From NCBI GenBank assembly GCA_010356995.1, contig ML996696.1, positions 126,364 through 190,363 on the forward strand: a stretch of 64,000 nucleotides of DNA. The letters run 5' to 3'. The position numbers were made by a program, and so were the translations under genes. Positions 46,749 to 59,385 of the stretch are shown here, in pieces; positions within the stretch are counted from its first letter, which is position 1, and each line of letters begins with the position of its first letter. The DNA is from Trichodelitschia bisporula (lineage: Eukaryota). The notes beneath the pieces were generated by a model that saw nothing but the letters and a program-made list of their open reading frames with translations, did not search any database and was not told where the DNA came from.

Positions 46749-47384
46749 ATGACCGCCTTCCTAACCTCCCTCTGGACCTCTATCTTCACACCCGGCCCCA
46801 CGCCAACCCTCCTACTCGCAACAAACGCCTCCTTCGCGGCCTTGCAAGCCCTTCTCTTCGCCCTCCTCGTCGCAACCCGGAGCGCGCATTTCCTCGCCTT
46901 GTCCCTTATCAGCGGGGCACTGTGGTGGAGTATTAACTGGTTTGCGGCGGAGCTGCGCAAGGCAGAGAAGGCGGAGGAGGAGGCGGGAAGGCTGAGACGG
47001 CGGCGGACGGAGGTTGAGGGGGAGAAAGGGAAGGAGAGGGGGGGGGAGGGGAATAAGGAGGAGAAGGAGAAGCCGGTGGTTGAGAGTTTGGATACGAGTG
47101 CGCACTTGGGTGGTGATGAGGCTTCGCCGGCTACAACGCCGACGGAACCAGTGTTTGCGCCTGTAAGGGTGCGGGGCGGGCCGGGGAAGATATTGGGTGT
47201 TATGCAAAGTGCAAGGCGGGCGAGGGAGGAGAGTGCTGCGGAGCAGGCGAGTGGGCTGGATACTGGCAGTGCTGCTGCGGCGGGTGTGACGAGGAGGAAG
47301 GGAAGCGGGGAGGGGGAAGCGGGGACGGATAGCGAGTGGGAGAAGGTGGAGGGGAGCACTTCTTCGTCTGGGAAGGTGGAGTGA
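46749..47384 (+). CDS. PKR1: ER V-ATPase assembly factor Pkr1
   Basis: MTAFLTSLWTSIFTPGPTPTLLLATNASFAALQ...ATRSAHFLALS..SGALWWSINWFAAEL, with C-terminal TDSEWEKV. Confidence 0.92.
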   Translation: MTAFLTSLWTSIFTPGPTPTLLLATNASFAALQALLFALLVATRSAHFLALSLISGALWWSINWFAAELRKAEKAEEEAGRLRRRRTEVEGEKGKERGGEGNKEEKEKPVVESLDTSAHLGGDEASPATTPTEPVFAPVRVRGGPGKILGVMQSARRAREESAAEQASGLDTGSAAAAGVTRRKGSGEGEAGTDSEWEKVEGSTSSSGKVE

Positions 47385-48443
47385 TGGTTGGATTTCGCTG
47401 TGATCGCTTGGTTGGGAGGGCCGGCTAGATTTTTGATGCCTTTTTATACCTTTGGGGCTTGGTCCAGCGACCGATTTTCTAGGCTCTGTATGTCATTGAT
47501 TCGATGTCTGAATGTTTGGATGAGGTTGGCGTGGAGTAGAGGCTTTTTTATGCCTGTTTGTCTTGATTGCTTTCCCTCTCGCGGCTCTTTTGGACGACCA
47601 GATTTGTCCTACGCAATACAGCACGTTGGAGGGGTATCACGACAGCTGCGAAGGGTCTTTGAAGGGACTAGGTGGTGGAAAGTACAAGCTGGACGGTTTG
47701 ATGATCCCGGTTCCCATGAGGGCAACCTAAATACCTCTTGTTCCTCCAAGCAACACGCAACTAGCAGTAGTTTCCACAATATCCTGCATATCATAGATCA
47801 GAATGTCGCTGATCGACTTCATAGGCGCTTCTGTCAGGACGCCTAACACCCATACCCATGCCTGATCAACCATTCGAAACACCACAGCCTACACTACAGC
47901 AGTACATATGGACCCGCTAACCTTATACATCGGAGCTTCAGTCCGTCTCCAAGCTTCTTATAAGCTTATCGTTCCCAGAATACACCATTCAGCGCACATT
48001 ATCTCCACCACAGCCACCCCCAACCAACTCCACCACCATAAATCCCCAGCAACAACGGCCAAAAACCACCAAGCGTACCCGGCCCCACCTCCAGCGCCAC
48101 AGCCAAGCGCATCCCGCAGGAACGCAGGATCGCACCCAAAATAGCCCAACCGTCAGCCTCAGTTCATGCTCAATGGCTGCGCCATCCGCGCCGACGCCCA
48201 CAAGCACACAAGCGCGAAACACATCCCTATGAAAGACTCCAAGGCCCAAGGCCTGCCATGGCAGCGAGCGTCAGCAGCATGTCGCGATGCTCCTAGTCCC
48301 CTAGCGCGGACGACCTCCCATCGTCTCCTCAACCCAGGCACAACAACGCTTTTCCGCCTTCGTTTAAGGGAATATAACCCACATACTCGGCCCGGTTCCT
48401 TCATCCTTCTCTGCTTCCTCCGGCGGGTGAACCAGCCGCCGCA

Positions 48444-49279
48444 ATGGCCAAAACCACCTCCAAACCCCCCCGCGCGCCCTTCCCGGGCCGCAAGCGCTTC
48501 GTCGTGCCCCTCTGGATCTTGCAAATCATCATCGGGCTAGTCATCGTCTTTTTATCCACAGTAGCGCTGGCCGTAAAACTTGATGACGAGACCAAGGAGG
48601 AGAGAAAAAAGTACGTACCATTGGGCCACCAGCCCATGCCTACTCCATGCATGGTGCTGACTGCCGCAGAATCCAAGGCATCGCGCTCTACTACATTTTC
48701 TTCGGCGCCATCGTCCTGATCCTCACTATCGTCGAGCCCATCCTGTTCTGCGCGCACCGCTTGTCGCCGCTTGTCTTCCTCATCTTCCACGCGGTCAAGG
48801 TGGTTATTCTCGCTGTGCTGCTCATCCGTAGCATCGTCAATGTTGCAGGGCAGACCACGGAAGTGGGGAATACGGCGATTGTGATTGTGCTCACTGTGTT
48901 CCTGTAAGTTATCCCCTCCATCAGAAAGCATAGTGGCTAACGAGACAGCATCATCTTCATCGCTTCCTTCCTCTATGCCCTCGTTACATGGCGCCACGCT
49001 CGCCGCGACGCAAAATACCAAGTCGTAGCGAACCCTGATCAACCGTTACATCGCGAGTCGACGGGCACGGAATATGCGCCGTATGCCGGCTATGGATTCA
49101 AGGCTGAAGCTATGGGCAACGATGTGTATGAGATGCAGCATGCGCCTGTCCAGCACGAGATCGATGGGCGACCCGCGGTGTTCGAAGCGCCGGATGGAAG
49201 GGGGGAAGTCGCCGAATTGCCGGCCGCTCAAATGCCGCGGGAGCAAAGAGTTGGGGAGGTTGGGAAAGAGGACCGATGA
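48444..49279 (+). CDS. Four-TM (MARVEL-like) membrane protein; introns 48611-48669 and 48904-48948
   Basis: Canonical introns give a continuous frame with four hydrophobic helices and a tail with VYEM/HEIDG/AELPA motifs. Confidence 0.8.
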
Positions 49280-49991
49280 CAGGAGGGGAATGCATGACAT
49301 CATACTCATAGGAGGGCAGTCGGAGGGCGGGCAGGAGCGCCCGAACGCACCTGCACCCTGGAGAAGGAAGGCATGATTGGGTAGAGAGAGCTCGGCATCG
49401 ACGAACTAATGAAATGTAAATGCACCATCAGCACTCCTTAGTCGCGAAGACTCACTAGCCATTGTTCAGAAGCTCACGATGCAGATGCGCGGGTTATGCT
49501 CTGCGTTGGAAACGAGGAGCAGAATGACTGTAACCGCGCTTGTTAAAAGCTTAGCGCAGAGGAAGCTCTTGCACGATCTCTATGAAGCCATAATCCACTT
49601 ACTCCACGTACCACACACTTCTCTTTAACCCTGAAACAGAGCATTCTCAAGACCGAAGGTCACTTTCCCTTTCCTGTAGGCATACGAGTAATTCTCTAAT
49701 ATTATCATATTCGTCAAAGCCAAGAATTTCGATCCAGTCCTCCTCTACAACTTCCGAGTAGAACGAGCGGCTTTGAGGGTTCATCAAAATAAGCCCATCA
49801 AATCCCACAGTTGCAAACTCGGAGAGGAAGCCAAACTGTCCATCCATTGAAATCTCGTAGCCATCACCAAGAATAGTTCCCAATCCTCATAGCTTGCCAT
49901 GAGAGCGCTCAGAGTTGCTCCTAAGATCATAATGAACGACCTTGTTCTACTTACTTCCTACGCGCTTGCAAGGCGGATTCGGCGAACTTAG

Positions 49992-50267
49992 CTACATACA
50001 TAATAAACGAATAGGGTGCCTTGATTCCCATTGTGAAGAATCTTGATACATAATTATAGCTCTCATACGCTTGTAGGAGTCGAGTGTCGGGTGTAGGCTT
50101 GAATATAAGTCGTTGGACACGCGGGCAAGACATACTAGGTCGCTTATTGGGAGAAATAATGAAATTTTAGAGCCGACTTCGACCGGAAGAAGGGTAAGGC
50201 GGGATTCGAATGGCTGGCGATCGGCGATTAACGGTCGTTTGGCGGAATGGGGGCTTGAGAATGGCAT
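49992..50267 (-). pseudogene. F-box-like family member C (truncated or frameshifted)
   Basis: RLTLLPVEVGSKISLFLPISDLVCLARVSNDLYSSLHPTLD. Confidence 0.6.
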
Positions 50268-51273
50268 TTGAGGCTGCTGAAGACGGAAATAAGTGTAGTC
50301 TGTGAGGGGAATGGAGAGTTGTACTGCAGATATCAGGTCTCGAAAAATCTACCCACAGCTGGCATTTACGGCGAATCCAACTTTGGAGGAATGAGACTGA
50401 GATGGGGCTGTGCATATAATGACTTATCATCGTTACTACAGGTCAAGCTGGCACATTTTCAGCCGACATGAGCTCAATCCGCTCCTTTGCAATGCGTCGA
50501 TCGTCCATGAAACGAGCTATGTGCCTTGCTAAAAGACTCCAGTAATTCGCTCATGATGGAGCGCATAAAAGCGAGGGCGACGATAGAAGCACGGGGAATG
50601 TGAGGTCCGACGTTGGAGCTGATTTTCAGGGAATGGGGAATCCATTTCGAATGGCTTGTCATTAGGTGGTTGCGGCGGCGGACTGTGATAGAAGGGAGAG
50701 ACTCCAGAGAAAGATGAGATGATCAGGGTTGGGAGGGGAGAGGGTGTGCTTCTCTTCAAGTCTTCTGCAGGAGGTTGACCGGGATGTTCAACATTGATGG
50801 CGGGGGAAAAAGTTGATCCGGTTGCGTTCCCCCAGGTCATGATATGGAGGAGGGTCGCATTGCGCTTTTTAGCTCCCTCAATGTTTCTGCGCTTGGTGAT
50901 ATGGACATGAACTCAGAAATGCCTTCATCAAGCGCTGAATCATCATTTGCCCGTGGCTTGCTTTTGGACTCTGTCTCCAAAGATATCAGAGCTCTTTCAT
51001 CCCCATCACCACGCGCTGTACACGATCGCAGCCAAACCAGATGTTCCGATGCATTCTAAGAGCAGCCACAATTCCGCTTGGACAGCAGCACACTAGAATA
51101 AAGGCTGAGGATCAGGTGAAGCATCGACAAGCAGCGGTAAGGCATACCTGCTCCCGGGCGCTCTCATTTCCGTCGCTCGCTGGCGCCGCGACACAGCGAG
51201 CACCCAACCCTCCACCTCAGTCCACCAACCCTCCGCACCCACCAGTGAATTCCCAACGACCCAAACCCCACAC

Positions 51274-51736
51274 CTAGAAGCCTCTGCCACCTCTCCCCCG
51301 TCCGCGTCCCCGGCCGCGGCCCCTCCCACGCGGACCCCCGCGCGGAGGACCACCCCGATCCGCCGTCTCCTTCCGGGCCTTGTTGCGCGGCTTAGGCGCG
51401 TCGTCGATGAGCAGACTATCGAGCGGCAAGCTGTCCGGCAGAACGATGTAGCGGATGGTGTTGCCGCGGATGTTGATAGTTTCGAGGGTGAACGGCTCGC
51501 GGCCCTTGGGGCTGACCTTAACCGTACGCAGCGCCGTGTTCATCTGCGGGGAGACGGAGGCAATGGTGCCATGGAGGACGGTGCCTGAGTGTGTTAGTGC
51601 GGTTGGAGGGGGGGAGGGGCTGGGACGGACCGTTTTTGAGCTCGATGGAGACGGTTTCGTTGGCGCACTTCATTAGGAATCTGAGGGGTTAGCTGGGCAG
51701 GAGCTAGATTTTGGGGGCTTACCGGACGAGCTTCAT
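51274..51736 (-). CDS. SMD1: Small nuclear ribonucleoprotein Sm D1; introns 51681-51722 and 51585-51630
   Basis: [29 protein letters not shown]...[16 protein letters not shown] and an RG-repeat tail. Confidence 0.97.
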
Positions 51737-52890
51737 GGTAGTGGTAGTTGGCTGGTTATGGTTTGTGTGAGGGAGCTTCGGGATGTGTGGTGATGGCGCG
51801 TTGTTTGGTGGTTTAGGTGGAGGTTGGAGGACGAGGTGTTGATGAGCACGGACCCTTGGACCAGGCAGCGCACCGAATTATTTTCTCTGCCTGGGGCATG
51901 AATTTGTGGCGGGGGGATACCTGACTCTATCTCGACATCAGACTGCGCCTTCGAAGTCGCATCACGATTTTCATTAGCAACTATAATGTCAATGTACACT
52001 TTTCATGCTTAGTCCCTTTTTTTCGTCTGAATCTCTTCTGTAGGCCTCTCCTTGCTCAATGACGGAAATATCTCGACCATACCGTGAAAGAGGTGCTTTC
52101 TCTGTCCCGGCCTTCCCCCTCAGTACCGACCGCTCAGCTCCCTGTCCCGTTTGAGATGCACATTGTATCCGCGCAGCTGACCCATCAGGTCTTCTCGCAT
52201 GGTACCTCGGCGGGTGCTGAGTTCCAGTTCCAGCCCTCCAAGTTCATGACTATACCCGTCATCTCCGCAGTTATCGAGCCCCAGGCCAATGGTTTATCTG
52301 CGAACTCTGAGACCGAAGCAACTCGTTGCTTATCACGAGCGATTAGTTGGATCACTGGGCGCCGCGCCTGGAGGTTCCATGTCTGAAATCGGCGAGGATG
52401 GAAGCATCGGGAACACGCTGCTTTAGATACTGACCACTAGGGATGAAGCCGAACGATACGTCAAAGGGGATGTTGAATTAGTGCTTTGGGGGGCTGTAGG
52501 CTGGCCGATGGTGCAGAGACACGTGTTAAGAGGAGGTCAACGCGCTTGATATCCGCAATTATCCAGGAACGGCACAGCCGTCCTCAGTGTTACAGCAAGC
52601 ACGACCTCGAAGTTCGAGCGACCAACCTCCAAAGACGACATCTACTTGCATTCACCATGAAAACTGGGGCCAGCTACCCTGTGCAGTAAAACAAACGAGT
52701 TCTCTCTCAACATCATCCTCGCGGCACGACGACCACCGCCGAGAACTTGAGAGCCTGGCCCCAATCCGGCGTCATCAAGCTCCTTGCCTCGCAGTGTGTG
52801 CGACAGGAATTCCGCTTCACCTTTCTCCCCAAAACTCCTCGCCTGGTCTTCATGCATCTCCCTCGCGGTGGCCTCCCACGCGGTGCACAT

Positions 52891-53493
52891 CTAGTTCGGA
52901 TACAAATTGGTTCGTGGAGGATGAGAAACAAATTCGACGTCTTCATCTAGAAAAGAGTCAATACATAACCTTTGTTCGTCTAGTGCGAACTCACCTCTGT
53001 AGCTGAAGGTTCCCGCACTGCTCCTCCTTCGTATAACATCGAAGGGTTGATGAACCCACTCGTCCCTCGGCCTCCGCGACCCCTCTCGCAACATTACCGT
53101 CCCCAGCAAAAATAATTCTGCTAGTGCCGTTTGCTGCGCTATTCGTCTTTCAGTAACTGACCCCAGCCGCCCTGCTCGTTCCTTCCGTAGGTCTTGGGAT
53201 ATAAGGGCAAAGTTCATCAGGAGATGAATTCGTTCCTTTTCAGAGCCAAAGGCCTTAAGAAAAGGCCACACTGTTTCGATCAAGGTGGAGATTGGGTAGT
53301 AGAAGCAGAAGGCGAAGACAGAAGGGGGGGCGAGGTAATAGATGATTCTTGCTATTATTTCCGGGGGAAGCATGAGGAGGCCAATCTCTATTCGAGGTTC
53401 AGTGGTGGGGCGAGGCTGCCGCGTTGGCTTGAGGACGGGCGCAGGAAGGTATCTCTCGACCTCGAGGGGTTGGAGAGAACTGCTCGATGCCAT
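52891..53493 (-). CDS. F-box-like family member D (divergent, ORF open)
   Basis: MASSS...GLLMLPPEIIARIIYYLAPPSVFAF. Confidence 0.55.
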   Translation of the reverse strand: MASSSSLQPLEVERYLPAPVLKPTRQPRPTTEPRIEIGLLMLPPEIIARIIYYLAPPSVFAFCFYYPISTLIETVWPFLKAFGSEKERIHLLMNFALISQDLRKERAGRLGSVTERRIAQQTALAELFLLGTVMLREGSRRPRDEWVHQPFDVIRRRSSAGTFSYRGEFALDEQRLCIDSFLDEDVEFVSHPPRTNLYPN

Positions 53494-53834
53494 GGTGAAG
53501 TTCCTTGATGTTGAGTCAGAACGGATGTCGTGAGATGGGACATCGCGCAGTTCGTCCTGAGGGGTTGAGGAGGCTGTGCATAATGTTGCCCTATCATGGC
53601 TTTCAGAGAAGCAACATCGTACGGTACTCGCGGGGCTATTCTCTACAAGCAAAGATGGAAGTATTATTGCTAACTCTCTATCGCAGGAAGCTATGTCATT
53701 GCCACACCGGACACCTCCTATAGCTAACTGCGTCAGTGCCCCTAATAAGCATGAACATTGGTGACCGTCGTCATTAGTTGCTCCGATGAGGTACAGACAC
53801 TCCCTATCCTACTCTTGAATCGACGACAGCATCT

Positions 53835-55157
53835 CTACATGTTGTGATAGTAAATGCCTATGAGGTAACGTATTCCCTCACGTGTCATACTTATATGAGG
53901 TTCAATATCTTTCGCTCCTAAATGCACTCGATACTGCTCCTCAGCCTCCTGTGCCGCAGCCATAAGCCTCGGCGGGTCCTCTATCATTCCCATAAGTACC
54001 GTCCGCACCTCGGCCACATCCGGCAGCGAAATCGGGGAAACTAGGGGTAACATTTCGTTCCCCGAAATAGCGTTTACAAGTACAACGAAGCGCTCTATGT
54101 TTCCCAGGATCTTCGCATTGCAAGTTCTGATCTCTTCGACCTCATGGACGCCTAAAAAGCGCTTTTTGTCCACCAGACCCTCAGGGTGGGAGGCCCCAAT
54201 CGCATCCTCAAAGGCCGCGGTGAACGCGAGCACGCGACCCACAAGTATGCGATTCGCAAGTTCAATGCGCATTTTGTACTCCTCGGCCGCAGAGAGGCAG
54301 ACTTTGAGCTAGGCACTGAAGTACTCGTTTGAGTGGACTATTAGTAGTGCTCGACTTAGTAGTTCGTTGGCTCTTTTTACAAAGATTTCGCTGGAAGTGG
54401 AGCCGCCGAGCTTGTGCTCTGCTGGTCGAGAGAATTCGATTTTGAGTTCGACGTCTTCTTCGTTTTTGACAACGTCGCTGGGCTTGCGCTTTGTGGGTCG
54501 CGGAAATTCGTCTCCGAGGTCCTCTCCACTTTCGACAACGTCGCTGACATCTCCCTTAACATCGCTCTCAGCGTTGTCCCGAATGTGGCTCCTAGATTCC
54601 GGCAAACGAAAACTCTTACGCAGCTGTCCGTAATACGAGATGTCCAGAACTAAGTGGTGTATATCAGAAAAGAAAAAAAACTTCAACTTCGTAGAGGCAG
54701 CCACGGAGTTTATAATCGACATACCTGAATGAGACCCCAGCCGTGCCACATATGAAGAGTTGATAAAATTGAGGTATAAAGACCTCGAAAGGAATTTCAT
54801 TTCCACCATATGAAATAATTGCCCAGCCCTTGCAATATTCCATTCGTATGATCGAGCCATAAGGATTTTTGATCACTGATTGTTCGCTGGAGAGAGACGT
54901 TCATAGCATAGTAGGTACGGGCGAGGGCCAGAAGTGATGCAGGTGGTAGGGACATCATGATTTCGAAAAAGGTCAGGAGGAAGACTGCTGAGAGGGTCCT
55001 CGGGTTGGTATTGGATGCCTCGAAAGGGAGGGAGTGGTTTGGCGGAGGAGAGGTAGGTAAGTGGGGCATCCCCTGCGAACGACTCTTTGGTGCTGAGGAT
55101 ATAAGAGGCAGTGATATCACGGTTACGACGGTGAGTGGTTTCAGAAGAGGGTGTCAT
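53835..55157 (-). pseudogene. F-box-like family member E, long and disrupted by frameshifts and one in-frame TAG (54309-54311)
   Basis: YILSTK...APLTYLSSAKPLPPF...PLSSLPPDLF, then after a frameshift LPPASLLALARTYYAMN. ORFs 54309-54860 and 53835-54272 are in the same frame. Confidence 0.7.
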
Positions 55158-55990
55158 GTCGAAATGATGATAATTGTGATGGTGATTGCGGTGGTAGTAG
55201 TGACGGGAGAGCTGATAATGACGTGGAGTAGAAGGAATCAAGCATTTCTTCAGAAGTCGAGGCAGTACCGGGTATCTAGAAGTAAGCCGATGGAGGGATA
55301 AGGCTGAGCGGGGCTGTGTTGATGATAGCGGTGAAAGGTTTAAAGGCAGCCTGTGAAACTCATGGCCGCCGCACCCAGCCGCCTTTGCTGACCGCGGCGG
55401 CCATGACTTTCTCGGATTCCCCGGGCCACTAGTATATGGATGCGGGGAAAGGAACTCTTACCGTAGTCCCTTGGCTACCAACAACCTTTTCCTCCTCAAC
55501 ATCAGCTCCTCGCTTTCACTCCCAATGCACCTGCTCCTCAATCCCCTGAACCGCACAAGCCGCGACGGCTCCTCAAGGTTCCTATTACCACCGTGTGCGC
55601 CTCGGCCACGTCCCGCAGTAAAAAGCTCGCGAAGGCTCGCGAAGGTCGAGGCGTCTTGGTACTCATACGTCTTCACACTCCTTCATATTCCTTCACACGC
55701 GCCCGGCTTCCCCTCAACAACTCTTACCCAGGCTAACGTTGTGCAGAGCCCTCGCGAGCTCCCTCCGCTGCACGGCCTCATTTACGCGTGGGAACGCTTG
55801 ATGGCGATATTCTACGAGCGGCAGACGAAGCAGCACAAATGCACACGATGGAGTACACTTGTACTTAGCTCTTCCGGGGCAAACCTAATACAACCCACGC
55901 TTGTTAGAGCCAAGAACAAAGAAGCTTTGGGTAAGTGAATCAAGCGCTACCTCAGAGATCTTTAACGGCACGCATATTCGAACTGCACGT

Positions 55991-56161
55991 GGGGGCGTAG
56001 TGCTCTTTACGTCAGTACTCGATAGTGATGGGGAAATGATCGTACTCGCCTGGTGCTTTATTTGCCCGTAGCCGGCCTCAATTTTGGCTAGCTACGGGCA
56101 AATAAAGCATCAGGAAAGTACGGTCATTTCCCCATCACCGTCCAAAGAGTAGTACGCCCCC
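55991..56161 (+). repeat. Long inverted repeat / hairpin (core arms of about 53 bp, 56025-56138)
   Basis: gtgatggggaaatgatcgtactcgcctggtgctttatttgcccgtagccggcc / ggctagctacgggcaaataaagcatcaggaaagtacggtcatttccccatcac, plus an outer gggggcgta..gctcttt / aaagagt..tacgccccc stem. Confidence 0.92.
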
Positions 56162-56479
56162 CCGGGCTGCTCGGAGATGCGTGCCGTCAATGACTTGTAA
56201 GGCAGCGCTTGATGTAATTACCCAGAGCTTGTTCTCAACTCCATCAGAAGCAGCTTCTATTGGGGTTGCCCTACGAGAGCTGAGCACAAGTATACATTGT
56301 CCTTTGCCGATAATAGCTTTGTATCGGCTAGCTAGTCGTCTGCATGGTTCATTTTGAACCGCGCTGGACGCTCGCAACAGCGCACAGAAATTTGATAAAC
56401 GTATTAGGAATAGTTTCAGCATCTAGACTTTGGGCGTTTTTGGTGATATCTAATCTATTCGATTCCTTTGCCGAAACTG

Positions 56480-56920
56480 TTATCCAATGGCTCCTTGGAG
56501 TGTGTTTGGCCGGGCCGAAAACCCATACCTATTTGTACTTGTTCCCACAGTAACGTCAGTCAACTCCCTGGAAAGGAACATGAGGAGGTTGAGAAAGAAA
56601 TCAAATGTATTAAAGCCACTCCGAGGTCTTGGGATATATCCTTCCGTATGGGGGGAGCATTTTCGTTTGTAGAAGCTGAGTGTAGGTTGGAGAATGGCAT
56701 TCATGTGGCGACAGGCCAGGGCGAGGGCTAGAATTGAAGCAATTTGAAAGGGACTCCCGTGTTTTGAAAAAGATATCATGAGGAATCTTAGTGAGGGGAC
56801 GTTCGATCAGGAGTTCGCGGCGTCGAATGGGGGGGAGTAGTTCGGTGGAGGAGAGGTACGTCAGTGAAGCTCCTGTGGTCTACAGCTTGGTTTTGAGGAC
56901 GAAAGAGCCGGCGTGGTGGC
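56480..56920 (-). pseudogene. F-box-like family member F, stop plus frameshift
   Basis: FVLKTKL*TTGASLTYLSSTELLPPIRRRE..., then after a frameshift ASILALALACRHMNAILQPTL. Confidence 0.7.
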
Positions 56921-57074
56921 TATCAGTTCTTCTGAGGGGATCTCTGCCTTGAAACTCGGCTTCTCGGAAGGGGCAGGTTAGTGGAGCTCCTATTAAGAAC
57001 GAAAGAGGATAATTGTTGACTCTCTCCCATAGCTTCATGAAAACTGAAAATTCCCGGGCAACCGGTAAGTTGCG

Positions 57075-57389
57075 CTAAGCGTCCAGGCCCCCATCTCCAA
57101 GGTAAACGAGCCTCCCAAACCTAAGTAGGGGTTGGAGGATGAAATTTGTAGCATGGCAGGTAAGGGCGAAGGCTAGAAGTGAAGCGTCTGGAAGGTAGCG
57201 TACGATGCTGATAAAGAGAGGAGCAGGAAGACGATTGAAGGGCGACTTTCCGGCTTGGACTTCGGGACGTTGGAAGGGAGGTAGTGGAGGGGTAGAGAGG
57301 TAGGTAAGCGGGGCTCCTGTCATCGACGGCTTGGTTTTAAGGATAAAAATAGTGATATTACGGCTATCAGTGCGGGAAGAGGCCGCCAT
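57075..57389 (-). CDS. F-box-like family member G (104 aa; may be truncated)
   Basis: MAASS...FILKTKPSMTGAPLTYLSTPPLPPFQRPEVQAGKSPFNRLPAPLFISIVRYLPDASLLAFALTCHATNFILQPLL. Confidence 0.65.
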   Translation of the reverse strand: MAASSRTDSRNITIFILKTKPSMTGAPLTYLSTPPLPPFQRPEVQAGKSPFNRLPAPLFISIVRYLPDASLLAFALTCHATNFILQPLLRFGRLVYLGDGGLDA

Positions 57390-57652
57390 ATCGAAGACGA
57401 TGTTGACGAGGATGATGATGGAGCTGAAGACGATGCGGGGTGGAAGGCACCAAGCATTTATTCCAGAGTCGGGCCGGTAAGGCTGAAGGGAAGTAGTGCA
57501 TATGCTGAGCACAACGTACGGTAGCAGGCATGAAGAAAAAAACCACTAACAATGCTAGGAAAAAGCGATGCAGATCGTGTAATAGCCGATTGAATTATCC
57601 TACAACCCCTCTCGTCCACTACTACAGTACAGTCCACCATTCGGCACGCATT

Positions 57653-58153
57653 CTAATCTAGATGGGAACTTGTTGACTGCGAGATTATTGAGTGAAAGAT
57701 TCTAAGCCTATCCATGAATTCACGGGTAGAGAAAGGCTGCCTCAAGTACGAAGAGAAAGTTTCGGCGACTCCCTTCTCGAGGTGCCATAGCTCTATGAGA
57801 ACTTTTATATCTCGGACAAGCGCCGGCACGTTGCGCAAAGCGCCTACATCCCTAACCATGACAAGGGAAATGAGCCTCCGAACCTTAAGCATCGGTTGGA
57901 GGAGAAAATTTGTAGCATGGGAGGTAAGGGCGAAGGCGGAAAATGAAGCGTTTGGAAGGTAGAGTACGATTCTAGTAAAGATAGAAATAGGAAGACGACT
58001 AAAGAGCTCTCCGGCTTGGACTTCGGGGCGTTTGAAGGGAGGGAGTGGTTCGGCGGAGGAGAGGTAGGTGAGCGGGGTTCCTGCTGTTGACCACTTGGTT
58101 TTGAGGACAAAAGAGGCGCCATGACGGTCAGAAGGTTGGAAGGAGGACGCCAT
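57653..58153 (-). CDS. F-box-like family member H (166 aa)
   Basis: MASSF...FVLKTKWSTAGTPLTYLSSAEPLPPFKRPEVQAGELFSRLPISIFTRIVLYLPNASFSAFALTSHATNFLLQPML. Confidence 0.7.
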   Translation of the reverse strand: MASSFQPSDRHGASFVLKTKWSTAGTPLTYLSSAEPLPPFKRPEVQAGELFSRLPISIFTRIVLYLPNASFSAFALTSHATNFLLQPMLKVRRLISLVMVRDVGALRNVPALVRDIKVLIELWHLEKGVAETFSSYLRQPFSTREFMDRLRIFHSIISQSTSSHLD

Positions 58154-58240
58154 GTCGAGGATGACAACGGTGATGCGGATGATGATGGCGGTCGTGGTGG
58201 CCGTTGTGAGGGGGGCTTAAACGATGCGGGGTAGAGGGAA

Positions 58241-58867
58241 TCAAGCATTTATCCTAGAGTCGGGCCGGTAAGGCTGAAAGGTGGCAGTGCATCCCACCAG
58301 TAGGTTCGGCAAATGTGATGCAGATCGAGCACTGCGTAGATAACCACTCGAATTACCATACAAACTGCTCACGTCTCGCTCCATTTCAGCATCCGAAATG
58401 AATTCAAAAGAGCGTTGCCCGAGTGAGAAGTTCTCGGAGAGGACTCGGATACTGGAAAAAATCTCAGTGACCCCCCTCACGAGATACCGCTGGACGATGG
58501 GAGGTTTGGGTTCGCAAAGAAATTCTATCAAGCCGTACGTAACCACTGGGTCCCCAATTGAGGCGAGATAGCAGAGCCTCTGGAGCCTGAACATCGGTTG
58601 GATGAGGGAGTGCGTAGCGTGACAGGTAAGGCGCAAGGCTGGGACTGAGCCTTCTGGAAGAAAAGACAGGATGATAAAAAAGATACTAACAGGAAGGGTA
58701 CTAAAGTGCTCTCCGACGTAGAATTCGCGATGTTGGAAGGGAGCAAGGGGTTCGGTGGAGGAGAGGTATGTGAGCGGGCTCGGCGGGGTTATCCCTATAG
58801 TTGACGGCTTCGTTCTAACGATAAAAAAGGGGACGTGACGGTCACTAGTTTGGGAGGAGGCCGCCAT
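58241..58867 (-). CDS. F-box-like family member I (runs into the leader of member H)
   Basis: MAASS...FIVRTKPST...PLTYLSSTEPLAPFQHRE...FSTLPVSIFFIILSFLPEGSVPALRLTCHATHSLIQPMF. Confidence 0.7.
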   Translation of the reverse strand: MAASSQTSDRHVPFFIVRTKPSTIGITPPSPLTYLSSTEPLAPFQHREFYVGEHFSTLPVSIFFIILSFLPEGSVPALRLTCHATHSLIQPMFRLQRLCYLASIGDPVVTYGLIEFLCEPKPPIVQRYLVRGVTEIFSSIRVLSENFSLGQRSFEFISDAEMERDVSSLYGNSSGYLRSARSASHLPNLLVGCTATFQPYRPDSRINA

Positions 58868-59385
58868 ATCAATGATTTCGAAGTGAAGATGATGACGAGA
58901 ACGATCAGAGAGCTGAAGACGATGCGGGGTAGAGGGAATCAAGCATTTTTATCCCGGAGTCGGCGCGGCAAGGCTGAAGGGGCCAGTGCACTGTCTGACT
59001 AAGCATCCACCATGCAACGACGAGGAGCATCTTGTATACAGTACTATCTATCTGACAGAAGAAACATCCAATCTAGCTTCATCGTTCAGACACGAGTAAA
59101 CCTTCGTCATTAACGAATACGTCCATCACCGGTACACACAAACCCGCGGCCCAAGCGAACCCATAAGGTTAATCGATGTCATGGGAGGATACCATCTCTC
59201 CCATGTCAAATGGCCACATGCCCTGTATGGGTCACGTGACCCGGTAAGATTGATGCCGGATGCTGCAATTCCAGCCCCGGCTGGACTTGCCGGGTAAGGG
59301 CTTGGCGCTGGCCTGGGCGCTAGCACCCCCAGCTCCCCCACACTCCAAATTCAGACGCGAAACCTTTACATAGTTCTTCAAGCTT

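Noticed and set aside
47958..48540. Minus-strand hydrophobic ORF fragments
   Set aside because: No coherent exon chain; overlaps the promoter of the + strand membrane gene.
50474..50840. Possible additional F-box-like remnant (RASIVALAFMRSIMSELL)
   Set aside because: Similarity too short and degraded to call.
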